A DNA stretch of 64,000 nt from positions 10,168,001 to 10,232,000 of the forward strand of contig OZ059897.1 in the NCBI GenBank assembly GCA_964057225.1, in the 5' to 3' direction. The position numbers and the translations under genes are program-made. Positions 1-10,400 of this stretch are shown piece after piece; the stretch's first letter is position 1; every line of letters starts with the position of its first letter. The notes beneath the pieces are model-generated. The model did not search any database. It was given only the letters and a program-made list of their open reading frames with translations, and was not told where the DNA came from. Source of the DNA: Auanema rhodensis. Taxonomy: Eukaryota > Animalia > Nematoda.

Positions 1-493
1 CATCATTGCCAAAAAGGCAGAATTTGCTCTCATCTGTGAAGATGACTCTGCTCCAATCTTCTGGTGTCCAATGAAGATGAGCCCGAGCAAATTCTAGCCT
101 CGCTTGCCGGTTCTTGGCACTAACAAGCGGTTTGATGGCAGGTCTTCTTGCTCTCAAACCACGCTTCAGGAGACGCCTTCTAATATTGCTAGGGTCAAGA
201 TTGACCCTATACATCATAGTAAGGTGTTCTGTCAGCTGTTTTGACGTCAATTCTGGATGACGTTGAGCCAAGCGGACCATGGTGTTGTCCTGTGATGGTG
301 TGGTCTTCGGTGGGCGCCCTGGTTTTGTCTTCTTTATCATTGCTACTCCTTGGCTGTGATCCTTGATGATGGCTTGAACGCAGCTCTTCGAGATAGCCGT
401 AAAAGCAGCAATTTTTCGGGTTGCAAACCCTTCGTCTTTGAGCCTGAGGACTGTCTCCCTCATCTCGTTGCTGTATCTTCTGCCTTGAACCAT
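1..493 (-). CDS. Tc1 transposase, N-terminal part (partial; intactness unknown)
   Basis: ATG at 493; same sequence as 2209-2701, running through the DESKF motif. Confidence 0.8.
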   Translation of the reverse strand, partial: MVQGRRYSNEMRETVLRLKDEGFATRKIAAFTAISKSCVQAIIKDHSQGVAMIKKTKPGRPPKTTPSQDNTMVRLAQRHPELTSKQLTEHLTMMYRVNLDPSNIRRRLLKRGLRARRPAIKPLVSAKNRQARLEFARAHLHWTPEDWSRVIFTDESKFCLFGND

Positions 494-677
494 CTAAATT
501 TGCATATTAAAAATGAAGCTGAATCATTTTAATTTCCAAAATAATACATTTCAAAGTTAGTTTTAAAAAATGAATTCAGCTCCATTTTTTAGCAACATTT
601 CAGATTCCTAAATTGTAGTCTGAGCTCCAGATTCTAATATTTTCTAAATCTTGCCCTTTTTCTTTTACACATGACTG
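1..677 (-). mobile_element. Tc1-family DNA transposon, copy 1 (cut by window edge)
   Basis: Near-identical to 2209-2885 (offset 2208); ends in TIR ...TTTTACACATGACTG followed by TA. Confidence 0.93.
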
Positions 678-691
678 TATGTGCTGCTGCT

Positions 692-1203
692 ATGAAAGAA
701 TCTCTTTCAATTCAGGGAGTTAATATTTTTTTTAATTACTTAGATCTTTTCAGATCTCTAGTATTAAGCTTCTCCATAAGTTTTATCCTTGCTGGAATGA
801 GGGGTTGCCTTACATATTAGTATCTAGGTTGGTAAATCATGAAACGGGTGATGACAATGAGCACATTAATAAGTTAAAGGATGTAATAGGAAAAGGGAAT
901 CGAGGGATAATTGAGGTATCTTTATTTTTTCTAACTTTATTATTTTTGGTTTGATTATATTCACAGGGGCCTAAAAGAGAAACCTATGGCGTATATAACG
1001 TTATAGGAAAAAAAGAGACATAGGGAGATTTTATATTACAGATGTGTTACATAGAGCCTTGTTTGCACAGTAAGTTTTTTTTTTCGCACAAGCAATACTT
1101 TCGATATAGCTCGCAAGATGGCAATCACAACATCCACTTGAAGACATTGGAAGGTACGGAAATCATGATGAGAGCATCCTGGAATATTGCGAACATAGCT
1201 GCG
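692..1203 (+). pseudogene. Truncated, frameshifted duplicate of the spliced gene at 2900-3752
   Basis: Same exons; A7 instead of A8 at about 1008-1014 shifts the frame; cut at 1203 by the TIR. Confidence 0.55.
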
Positions 1204-1355
1204 AGTAGAGAGCCGTGCAAAATTTACTAACCACGCCCCCAAACAGCTGTCAAAAACATACTTTTGGGGGCGTCAGCTGCTAAAAACATACTTTTGGGGC
1301 GCGTCAGCTGTCAAAAACATATTTTTGAGCGTCAGCTGTTAAAATCATATTTTGG
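1204..1355 (+). repeat. Left TIR with about 28-30 bp subterminal tandem repeats (GCGTCAGCTGTCAAAAACATACTTTT)
   Basis: AGTAGAGAGCCGTGCAAAATTTACTAACCAC followed by about 4 repeat units. Confidence 0.85.
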
Positions 1356-1542
1356 GATCATGGTTCATGGATTCTCCTTTTTTAAATTTAAAAATCATGA
1401 TTTAAAGCATGATTTTTTTTTAAAATCAAATTTAAATATGCTTTTTCAAATGTATGTATATATTTTTAATTATTTTTAAATATATTAAGTAAAAATAAAA
1501 ATCTTAATTTTAAATATTTAAATTATATTTAAATTTTATATA

Positions 1543-2885
1543 CAGTCATGTGTAAAAGAAAAAGGGCAAAACTTTCGAATGGTCTACTGAAGTAGTGAGA
1601 CTACAAAAAATTAAAAACTATGAAAAATAGAAATGGTGAGCAGACCACAAATCGAAAAATGCAAAAAAAACCAAAAAATTAAGACTTTATTAATATTTTG
1701 TCGGATACCCGAAATTATCAATCACAGCTTTGAGCCTTCTATTCATCGAATTGACGAGCTTCTTCAAAATACCCGGAGAAGTTTCTCGCCAGAGGATTCT
1801 TAGGCATCTGAACTTCTCGTCCTTGTTCGATGACGGAAATTTTCTTCTTCCCAAATCTCTCCATAGATGTTCGATCGGATTCAGATCGGGCGATTGACTA
1901 GGCCAGGGTAAGAGAGTGACCCTATTCTGCTGAAACCACTGTTTAGTTGTGCTTTGGGTCGTTGTCCTGCTGGAAGATGAATCTATTCCGCGTGCGGAAT
2001 CGATCCAAAGCATACGGCAGGAAGACTTCAGAGAGAATATTCTGATAGTCGGAAGCACACATGCGTCCTTCAATCCTAAACAGTGGTCCAACTTCCTCGC
2101 TGGTGAAACAACCCCACACCATTACGTTTCCACCTCCATGTTTGAAGGAAGGCTTTAAATAACGGTGGTTGTAACGCTCACCAACGGGCCTTCTGACAAA
2201 GCCAGGTCCATCATTGCCAAAAAGGCAGAATTTGCTCTCATCTGTGAAGATGACTCTGCTCCAATCTTCTGGTGTCCAATGAAGATGAGCCCGAGCAAAT
2301 TCTAGCCTCGCTTGCCGGTTCTTGGCACTAACAAGCGGTTTGATGGCAGGTCTTCTTGCTCTCAAACCACGCTTCAGGAGACGCCTTCTAATATTGCTAG
2401 GGTCAAGATTGACCCTATACATCATAGTAAGGTGTTCTGTCAGCTGTTTTGACGTCAATTCTGGATGACGTTGAGCCAAGCGGACCATGGTGTTGTCCTG
2501 TGATGGTGTGGTCTTCGGTGGGCGCCCTGGTTTTGTCTTCTTTATCATTGCTACTCCTTGGCTGTGATCCTTGATGATGGCTTGAACGCAGCTCTTCGAG
2601 ATAGCCGTAAAAGCAGCAATTTTTCGGGTTGCAAACCCTTCGTCTTTGAGCCTGAGGACTGTCTCCCTCATCTCGTTGCTGTATCTTCTGCCTTGAACCA
2701 TCTAAATTTGCATATTAAAAATGAAGCTGAATCATTTTAATTTCCAAAATAATACATTTCAAAGTTAGTTTTAAAAAATGAATTCAGCTCCATTTTTTAG
2801 CAACATTTCAGATTCCTTAATTGTAGTCTGAGCTCCAGATTCTAATATTTTCTAAATCTTGCCCTTTTTCTTTTACACATGACTG
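1543..2885 (-). mobile_element. Tc1-family DNA transposon, copy 2, full length (1343 bp)
   Basis: 27-bp TIRs CAGTCATGTGTAAAAGAAAAAGGGCAA; TA target duplication at 1541-1542 and 2886-2887. Confidence 0.96.
1690..2701 (-). pseudogene. Tc1 DDE transposase, frameshifted near 1945
   Basis: GRPPK, DESKF, KHGGG, VMVWG and QQDNDPKH in ORF 1943-2701; WPSQSPDLNPIEHLW...GYPTKY in a different frame (1690-2091). Confidence 0.93.
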
Positions 2886-2899
2886 TATGTGCTGCTGCT

Positions 2900-3752
2900 A
2901 TGAAAGAATCTCTTTCAATTCAGGGAGTTAATATTTTTTTTAATTACTTAGATCTTTTCAGATCTCTAGTATTAAGCTTCTCCATAAGTTTTATCCTTGC
3001 TGGAATGAGGGGTTGCCTTACATATTAGTATCTAGGTTGGTAAATCATGAAACGGGTGATGACAATGAGCACATTAATAAGTTAAAGGATGTAATAGGAA
3101 AAGGGAATCGAGGGATAATTGAGGTATCTTTATTTTTTCTAACTTTATTATTTTTGGTTTGATTATATTCACAGGGGCCTAAAAGAGAAACCTATGGCGT
3201 ATATAACGTTATAGGAAAAAAAAGAGACATAGGGAGATTTTATATTACAGATGTGTTACATAGAGCCTTGTTTGCACAGTAAGTTTTTTTTTTCGCACAA
3301 GCAATACTTTCGATATAGCTCGCAAGATGGCAATCACAACATCCACTTGAAGACATTGGAAGGTACGGAAATCATGATGAGAGCATCCTGGAATATTGCG
3401 AACATAGCTGCGGCAATGTTCTGCTGTTCTAAATGTTGCATACGGATCGCATCAAACGAAAATCTTAGGAAAACGGTAAACGATACATTATATGGAATTT
3501 ATTATCGTATATCAGGGAAAAAGGGGTAAGCCATATTATCATATTCTAATAATTTTATCAAATTAATACAGAAATGTTTTCAATATTTTCACCAATAACA
3601 CCGGTATATTGAAAATACATGCAATGGAAAATATTCAAAGCTCTCAACAACAAACAATTGAGAAGCAATGGGTAAATTTCGTAACTGAGTTTTGGAAAAA
3701 AATCATATACGACTAGGTCCAAGGCAGCAAAAAATCACGTGTCTGGGATTAG
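2900..3752 (+). CDS. Putative 6-exon gene of unknown function, about 211 aa (exons 2900-2926, 2962-3123, 3175-3278, 3319-3525, 3572-3671, 3717-3752)
   Basis: Five GT-AG introns of 35, 51, 40, 46 and 45 nt; phases join into a stop-free frame; first and last exons least certain. Confidence 0.6.
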
Positions 3753-3970
3753 AAAAAATTGTAGGAGTATTAGAATTACCCAAATTGTCCATATCGGATA
3801 GAGATACAATAAGAGCACTAGAATTATCGTTAGAAAACATTACTTGTGGAAATGTAACACCTGACATTCTAGTAGGCATTGACTTCATGTGGGAGATATG
3901 GGGAAACCAACATCCAATAAGATTGATGTCAGGTCTACACCTGATAAGAACTGAATTGGGTCCTATAGTT
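3716..3970 (+). pseudogene. BEL/Pao aspartic protease (DUF1758-like) C-terminal fragment
   Basis: PDILVGIDFMWEI...LMSGLHLIRTELGPIV resembles the Pao protease C-terminal pattern; ends in AT-only filler. Confidence 0.7.
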
Positions 3971-4044
3971 AAAATAATTTTTAAAAAGATTTAAAAAAAA
4001 ATTATTTTGATCCATGCGCAGGCTCGAGAGCCTGCCTCGGGAGG

Positions 4045-4193
4045 AAAAGTATATTTTTGACAGCTGACGCCGAAAATATGATTTTGACAGCTGACGCCCC
4101 CAAAAGTATGTTTTTAGCAGTTGACGCCCTGAAAAGTATGTTTTTAGCAACTGTTTGGGGGGGTGGTTAGTAAATTCGGCATGGCTCTCTACT
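4045..4193 (-). repeat. Right TIR with the same subterminal repeats
   Basis: Reverse complement reads AGTAGAGAGCCATGCCGAATTTACTAACCAC followed by about 4 repeat units. Confidence 0.85.
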
Positions 4194-4286
4194 ATTATAG
4201 ACGACCAATCTTCGAACGTCCAGTTTAAATGCTCTCGGGCAAAATCTATTCTCTTCTGCCTGTTACCAACCGATATTAAAGTTTGA

Positions 4287-4418
4287 ATATGTAAAAATAG
4301 GTACTTGTGAAAAACATACTACACATACGCACGTATATTACGTACATGTGAAATAAAATGTGTCCATGTAGTGTGTATTAAATAGGTATATGTAAAAATG
4401 CGTACATGTATTAATGCC
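4287..4418. repeat. Degenerate minisatellite of GTACATGT(G/A)AAAA-like units abutting the first tRNA
   Basis: gtacttgtgaaaaa, gtacatgtgaaata, gtccatgta, gtatatgtaaaaa, gtacatgtatt. Confidence 0.5.
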
Positions 4419-4490
4419 GCCCAAGTAGTATAGTGGTTAGTACTCCACGTTGTGGCCGTGGCGACACAGGTTCGATTCCTGTCTTGGGCA
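4419..4490 (+). tRNA. tRNA-His(GTG), first copy of the + array
   Basis: Acceptor GCCCAAG/CTTGGGC, D stem GTAT/GTAC, anticodon arm CCACG-TTGTGGC-CGTGG, T arm ACAGG-TTCGATT-CCTGT, discriminator A; 72 nt. Confidence 0.97.
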
Positions 4491-4496
4491 TTTTTT
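4491..4496 (+). terminator. Pol III terminator (T6; T6-T7 follows nearly every copy)
   Basis: TTTTTT directly after the discriminator base. Confidence 0.85.
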
Positions 4497-7400
4497 GTTT
4501 TGAAATTAAAATGCTATAAACATATTGCTTGCTTGTCATGTTAGATTTGTTTAATTCAAATACTTATTTAAGTTCTAACAATTTTCGATATGAACACACT
4601 AACTCTGTTAAGTTGTTGTAATATCGGCCCAAGTAGTATAGTGGTTAGTACTCCACGTTGTGGCCGTGGCGACACAAGTTCGATTCCTGTCTTGGGCATT
4701 TTTTGTTTTGAAATTAAAATGCTATAAACATATCGCTTGCTGTCATGTTAGATTTGTTTAATTTAAATACTTATTTAAGTTCTAACAATTTTCGACTTAA
4801 TCACGTTCAATTAACAGTATTGTTTTCAAAAATAAAGACATCTTTCAATTTCTGGTCATTGAATTAGAATTTTCATGTTGTCACACAGAAATTGAAGAAT
4901 CTTAGTTCATTTCAGTAACAATGAACACACTAACTTTGTTAAGTTGTTGTAATATCGGCCCAAGTAATATAGTGGTTAGTACTCCACGTTGTGGCCGTGG
5001 CGACACAGATTCGATTCCTGTCTTGGGCATTTTTTGTTCTGAAATTTAAATGCTATAAAATTATTGCTTGTTTGTCATGTTAGATTTCTTTAATTTGAAT
5101 ACTTATTCAAGTTCTAACAATTTTCGATTTAATCACGTTCAATCAACTGTATTGTTTTCAAAAATAAAGACAAAATTCAATTTCTGTTCATTGAATTAGA
5201 ATTTTCATGTTGTCACACAGAAATTGAAGAATCTTAGTTCATTTCAGTAACAATGAACACACTAACTCTGTTAAGTTGTTGTAATATCGGCCCAAGTAGT
5301 ATAGTGGTTAGTACTCCACGTTGTGGCCGTGGCGACACAGGTTCGATTCCTGTCTTGGGCATTTTTTGTTTTGAAATTAAAATGCTATAAACATATTGCT
5401 TGCTTGTCATGTTAGATTTGTTTAATTCAAATACTTATTTAAGTTCTAACAATTTTCGATATGAACACACTAACTCTGTTAAGTTGTTGTAATATCGGCC
5501 CAAGTAGTATAGTGGTTAGTACTCCACGTTGTGGCCGTGGCGACACAAGTTCGATTCCTGTCTTGGGCATTTTTTGTTTTGAAATTAAAATGCTATAAAC
5601 ATATTGCTTGCTGTCATGTTAGATTTGTTTAATTTAAATACTTATTTAAGTTCTAACAATTTTCGATATGAACACACTAACTCTGTTAAGTTGTTGTAAT
5701 ATCGGCCCAAGTAGTATAGTGGTTAGTACTCCACGTTGTGGCCGTGGCGACACAAGTTCGATTCCTGTCTTGGGCATTTTTTGTTTTGAAATTAAAATGC
5801 TATAAACATATCGCTTGCTGTCATGTTAGATTTGTTTAATTTAAATACTTATTTAAGTTCTAACAATTTTCGACTTAATCACGTTCAATCAACTGTATTG
5901 TTTTCAAAAATAAAGACATCTTTCAATTTCTGGTCATTGAATTAGAATTTTCATGTTGTCACACAGAAATTGAAGAATCTTAGTTCATTTCAGTAACAAT
6001 GAACACACTAACTCTGTTAAGTTGTTGTAATATCGGCCCAAGTAATATAGTGGTTAGTACTCCACGTTGTGGCCGTGGCGACACAGATTCGATTCCTGTC
6101 TTGGGCATTTTTTGTTCTGAAATTTAAATGCTATAAAATTATTGCTTGTTTGTCATGTTAGATTTCTTTAATTTGAATACTTATTCAAGTTCTAACAATT
6201 TTCGATTTAATCACGTTCAATCAACTGTATTGTTTTCAAAAATAAAGACAAAATTCAATTTCTGTTCATTGAATTAGAATTTTCATGTTGTCACACAGAA
6301 ATTGAAGAATCTTAGTTCATTTCAGTAACAATGAACACACTAACTCTGTTAAGTTGTTGTAATATCGGCCCAAGTAGTATAGTGGTTAGTACTCCACGTT
6401 GTGGCCGTGGCGACACAGGTTCGATTCCTGTCTTGGGCATTTTTTGTTTTGAAATTAAAATGCTATAAACATATTGCTTGCTTGTCATGTTAGATTTGTT
6501 TAATTCAAATACTTATTTAAGTTCTAACAATTTTCGATATGAACACACTAACTCTGTTAAGTTGTTGTAATATCGGCCCAAGTAGTATAGTGGTTAGTAC
6601 TCCACGTTGTGGCCGTGGCGACACAAGTTCGATTCCTGTCTTGGGCATTTTTTGTTTTGAAATTAAAATGCTATAAACATATTGCTTGCTGTCATGTTAG
6701 ATTTGTTTAATTTAAATACTTATTTAAGTTCTAACAATTTTCGACTTAATCACGTTCAATCAACTGTATTGTTTTCAAAAATAAAGACATCTTTCAATTT
6801 CTGGTCATTGAATTAGAATTTTCATGTTGTCACACAGAAATTGAAGAATCTTAGTTCATTTCAGTAACAATGAACACACTAACTTTGTTAAGTTGTTGTA
6901 ATATCGGCCCAAGTAATATAGTGGTTAGTACTCCACGTTGTGGCCGTGGCGACACAGATTCGATTCCTGTCTTGGGCATTTTTTGTTCTGAAATTTAAAT
7001 GCTATAAAATTATTGCTTGTTTGTCATGTTAGATTTCTTTAATTTGAATACTTATTCAAGTTCTAACAATTTTCGATTTAATCACGTTCAATCAACTGTA
7101 TTGTTTTCAAAAATAAAGACAAAATTCAATTTCTGTTCATTGAATTAGAATTTTCATGTTGTCACACAGAAATTGAAGAATCTTAGTTCATTTCAGTAAC
7201 AATGAACACACTAACTCTGTTAAGTTGTTGTAATATCGGCCCAAGTAGTATAGTGGTTAGTACTCCACGTTGTGGCCGTGGCGACACAGGTTCGATTCCT
7301 GTCTTGGGCATTTTTTGTTTTGAAATTAAAATGCTATAAACATATTGCTTGCTTGTCATGTTAGATTTGTTTAATTCAAATACTTATTTAAGTTCTAACA

Positions 7401-10400
7401 ATTTTCGATATGAACACACTAACTCTGTTAAGTTGTTGTAATATCGGCCCAAGTAGTATAGTGGTTAGTACTCCACGTTGTGGCCGTGGCGACACAAGTT
7501 CGATTCCTGTCTTGGGCATTTTTTGTTTTGAAATTAAAATGCTATAAACATATCGCTTGCTGTCATGTTAGATTTGTTTAATTTAAATACTTATTTAAGT
7601 TCTAACAATTTTCGACTTAATCACGTTCAATTAACAGTATTGTTTTCAAAAATAAAGACATCTTTCAATTTCTGGTCATTGAATTAGAATTTTCATGTTG
7701 TCACACAGAAATTGAAGAATCTTAGTTCATTTCAGTAACAATGAACACACTAACTTTGTTAAGTTGTTGTAATATCGGCCCAAGTAATATAGTGGTTAGT
7801 ACTCCACGTTGTGGCCGTGGCGACACAGATTCGATTCCTGTCTTGGGCATTTTTTGTTCTGAAATTTAAATGCTATAAAATTATTGCTTGTTTGTCATGT
7901 TAGATTTCTTTAATTTGAATACTTATTCAAGTTCTAACAATTTTCGATTTAATCACGTTCAATCAACTGTATTGTTTTCAAAAATAAAGACAAAATTCAA
8001 TTTCTGTTCATTGAATTAGAATTTTCATGTTGTCACACAGAAATTGAAGAATCTTAGTTCATTTCAGTAACAATGAACACACTAACTCTGTTAAGTTGTT
8101 GTAATATCGGCCCAAGTAGTATAGTGGTTAGTACTCCACGTTGTGGCCGTGGCGACACAGGTTCGATTCCTGTCTTGGGCATTTTTTGTTTTGAAATTAA
8201 AATGCTATAAACATATTGCTTGCTTGTCATGTTAGATTTGTTTAATTCAAATACTTATTTAAGTTCTAACAATTTTCGATATGAACACACTAACTCTGTT
8301 AAGTTGTTGTAATATCGGCCCAAGTAGTATAGTGGTTAGTACTCCACGTTGTGGCCGTGGCGACACAAGTTCGATTCCTGTCTTGGGCATTTTTTGTTTT
8401 GAAATTAAAATGCTATAAACATATTGCTTGCTGTCATGTTAGATTTGTTTAATTTAAATACTTATTTAAGTTCTAACAATTTTCGATATGAACACACTAA
8501 CTCTGTTAAGTTGTTGTAATATCGGCCCAAGTAGTATAGTGGTTAGTACTCCACGTTGTGGCCGTGGCGACACAAGTTCGATTCCTGTCTTGGGCATTTT
8601 TTGTTTTGAAATTAAAATGCTATAAACATATCGCTTGCTGTCATGTTAGATTTGTTTAATTTAAATACTTATTTAAGTTCTAACAATTTTCGACTTAATC
8701 ACGTTCAATCAACTGTATTGTTTTCAAAAATAAAGACATCTTTCAATTTCTGGTCATTGAATTAGAATTTTCATGTTGTCACACAGAAATTGAAGAATCT
8801 TAGTTCATTTCAGTAACAATGAACACACTAACTCTGTTAAGTTGTTGTAATATCGGCCCAAGTAATATAGTGGTTAGTACTCCACGTTGTGGCCGTGGCG
8901 ACACAGATTCGATTCCTGTCTTGGGCATTTTTTGTTCTGAAATTTAAATGCTATAAAATTATTGCTTGTTTGTCATGTTAGATTTCTTTAATTTGAATAC
9001 TTATTCAAGTTCTAACAATTTTCGATTTAATCACGTTCAATCAACTGTATTGTTTTCAAAAATAAAGACAAAATTCAATTTCTGTTCATTGAATTAGAAT
9101 TTTCATGTTGTCACACAGAAATTGAAGAATCTTAGTTCATTTCAGTAACAATGAACACACTAACTCTGTTAAGTTGTTGTAATATCGGCCCAAGTAGTAT
9201 AGTGGTTAGTACTCCACGTTGTGGCCGTGGCGACACAGGTTCGATTCCTGTCTTGGGCATTTTTTGTTTTGAAATTAAAATGCTATAAACATATTGCTTG
9301 CTTGTCATGTTAGATTTGTTTAATTCAAATACTTATTTAAGTTCTAACAATTTTCGATATGAACACACTAACTCTGTTAAGTTGTTGTAATATCGGCCCA
9401 AGTAGTATAGTGGTTAGTACTCCACGTTGTGGCCGTGGCGACACAAGTTCGATTCCTGTCTTGGGCATTTTTTGTTTTGAAATTAAAATGCTATAAACAT
9501 ATTGCTTGCTGTCATGTTAGATTTGTTTAATTTAAATACTTATTTAAGTTCTAACAATTTTCGACTTAATCACGTTCAATCAACTGTATTGTTTTCAAAA
9601 ATAAAGACATCTTTCAATTTCTGGTCATTGAATTAGAATTTTCATGTTGTCACACAGAAATTGAAGAATCTTAGTTCATTTCAGTAACAATGAACACACT
9701 AACTTTGTTAAGTTGTTGTAATATCGGCCCAAGTAATATAGTGGTTAGTACTCCACGTTGTGGCCGTGGCGACACAGATTCGATTCCTGTCTTGGGCATT
9801 TTTTGTTCTGAAATTTAAATGCTATAAAATTATTGCTTGTTTGTCATGTTAGATTTCTTTAATTTGAATACTTATTCAAGTTCTAACAATTTTCGATTTA
9901 ATCACGTTCAATCAACTGTATTGTTTTCAAAAATAAAGACAAAATTCAATTTCTGTTCATTGAATTAGAATTTTCATGTTGTCACACAGAAATTGAAGAA
10001 TCTTAGTTCATTTCAGTAACAATGAACACACTAACTCTGTTAAGTTGTTGTAATATCGGCCCAAGTAGTATAGTGGTTAGTACTCCACGTTGTGGCCGTG
10101 GCGACACAGGTTCGATTCCTGTCTTGGGCATTTTTTGTTTTGAAATTAAAATGCTATAAACATATTGCTTGCTTGTCATGTTAGATTTGTTTAATTCAAA
10201 TACTTATTTAAGTTCTAACAATTTTCGATATGAACACACTAACTCTGTTAAGTTGTTGTAATATCGGCCCAAGTAGTATAGTGGTTAGTACTCCACGTTG
10301 TGGCCGTGGCGACACAAGTTCGATTCCTGTCTTGGGCATTTTTTGTTTTGAAATTAAAATGCTATAAACATATTGCTTGCTGTCATGTTAGATTTGTTTA

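Larger units (their letters stand above)
1..3412. repeat. Tandem duplication, unit about 2208-2209 bp (full unit 1204-3412; partial unit 1-1203)
   Basis: 1-1203 matches 2209-3412 apart from a substitution near 610 and an A7/A8 run difference. Confidence 0.95.
1204..4193. mobile_element. Composite TIR-bounded element with AGTAGAGAGCC termini (superfamily uncertain; Polinton/Maverick-like AG ends)
   Basis: 1204-1355 and 4045-4193 are imperfect inverted repeats; no TSD visible because the left end is a duplication junction. Confidence 0.6.

Noticed and set aside
1360-1540. AT-rich quasi-palindromes
   Set aside because: Expected from base composition alone
3251-3529. Unspliced ORFs 3251-3529 and 1042-1230 as stand-alone genes
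   Set aside because: Their starts run through a 40-nt intron-like segment; better explained by the spliced model
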